Shown here: piece after piece, positions 63,930 to 64,000 of the stretch | How the letters are laid out: every line of letters starts with the position of its first letter | Numbering within the stretch: position 1 is the stretch's first letter | NCBI GenBank assembly: GCA_951406725.2 | Contig: OX597817.1 | Location: 144,894,001-144,958,000 of the forward strand | Reading direction: 5' to 3' | Length of the DNA stretch: 64,000 nt | Origin: Octopus vulgaris | Taxonomy: Eukaryota | Position numbers and translations under genes: made by a program | The notes under the pieces: generated by a model | Seen by the model: the letters and a program-made list of their open reading frames with translations, nothing else | Told to the model about the DNA's origin: nothing | Databases searched by the model: none

Positions 63930-64000
63930 TCATCATCATCATCGTTTAACATCCGCTTTCCATGCTAGCATGGATTGGACGGTTTGACTGGGGTCTGGGA
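63930..64000 (-). mobile_element. RTE 3' tail running off the window edge
   Basis: (CAT)n-CGTTTAACATCCGCTTTCCATGCTAGCATGG. Confidence 0.75.

Overview
This is AT-rich, repeat-saturated eukaryotic DNA. The SINE, RTE and microsatellite content is most consistent with an octopod cephalopod, judged from recall rather than a search. I can support only one host coding exon: 2887-3181 (+), encoding the end of a guanylate-kinase-like domain (GNHYGTPKPP), a linker and the first half of a WW domain (LGPLPGNWETAYTADGQQYFI), which identifies a MAGI-family scaffold gene. The remaining ~61 kb appears to be intron, as I could not find the next WW exon by eye. It is filled with several tRNA-derived SINE families, RTE and CR1/L2-like LINE remnants, two internally deleted DD37D (maT) Tc1/mariner elements, mariner, piggyBac and 8-bp-TSD MITEs, Helitron/Helentron-type non-autonomous elements, and long microsatellites. 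Almost all ORFs in the supplied track are microsatellite or SINE artefacts. The most interesting signals are at the RNA level: (i) minimal type-I hammerhead ribozyme motifs in Penelope-like remnants sitting in (TA)n tracts, including a four-copy subfamily with a non-canonical CUGUNGA core; (ii) a candidate HDV-like ribozyme at the 5' boundary of a TSD-flanked RTE-derived element, in the sense orientation of the MAGI pre-mRNA; (iii) long foldbacks, and inverted SINEs bracketing the exon, which are candidate dsRNA-editing or circRNA substrates. All ribozyme calls are folded by eye and untested.
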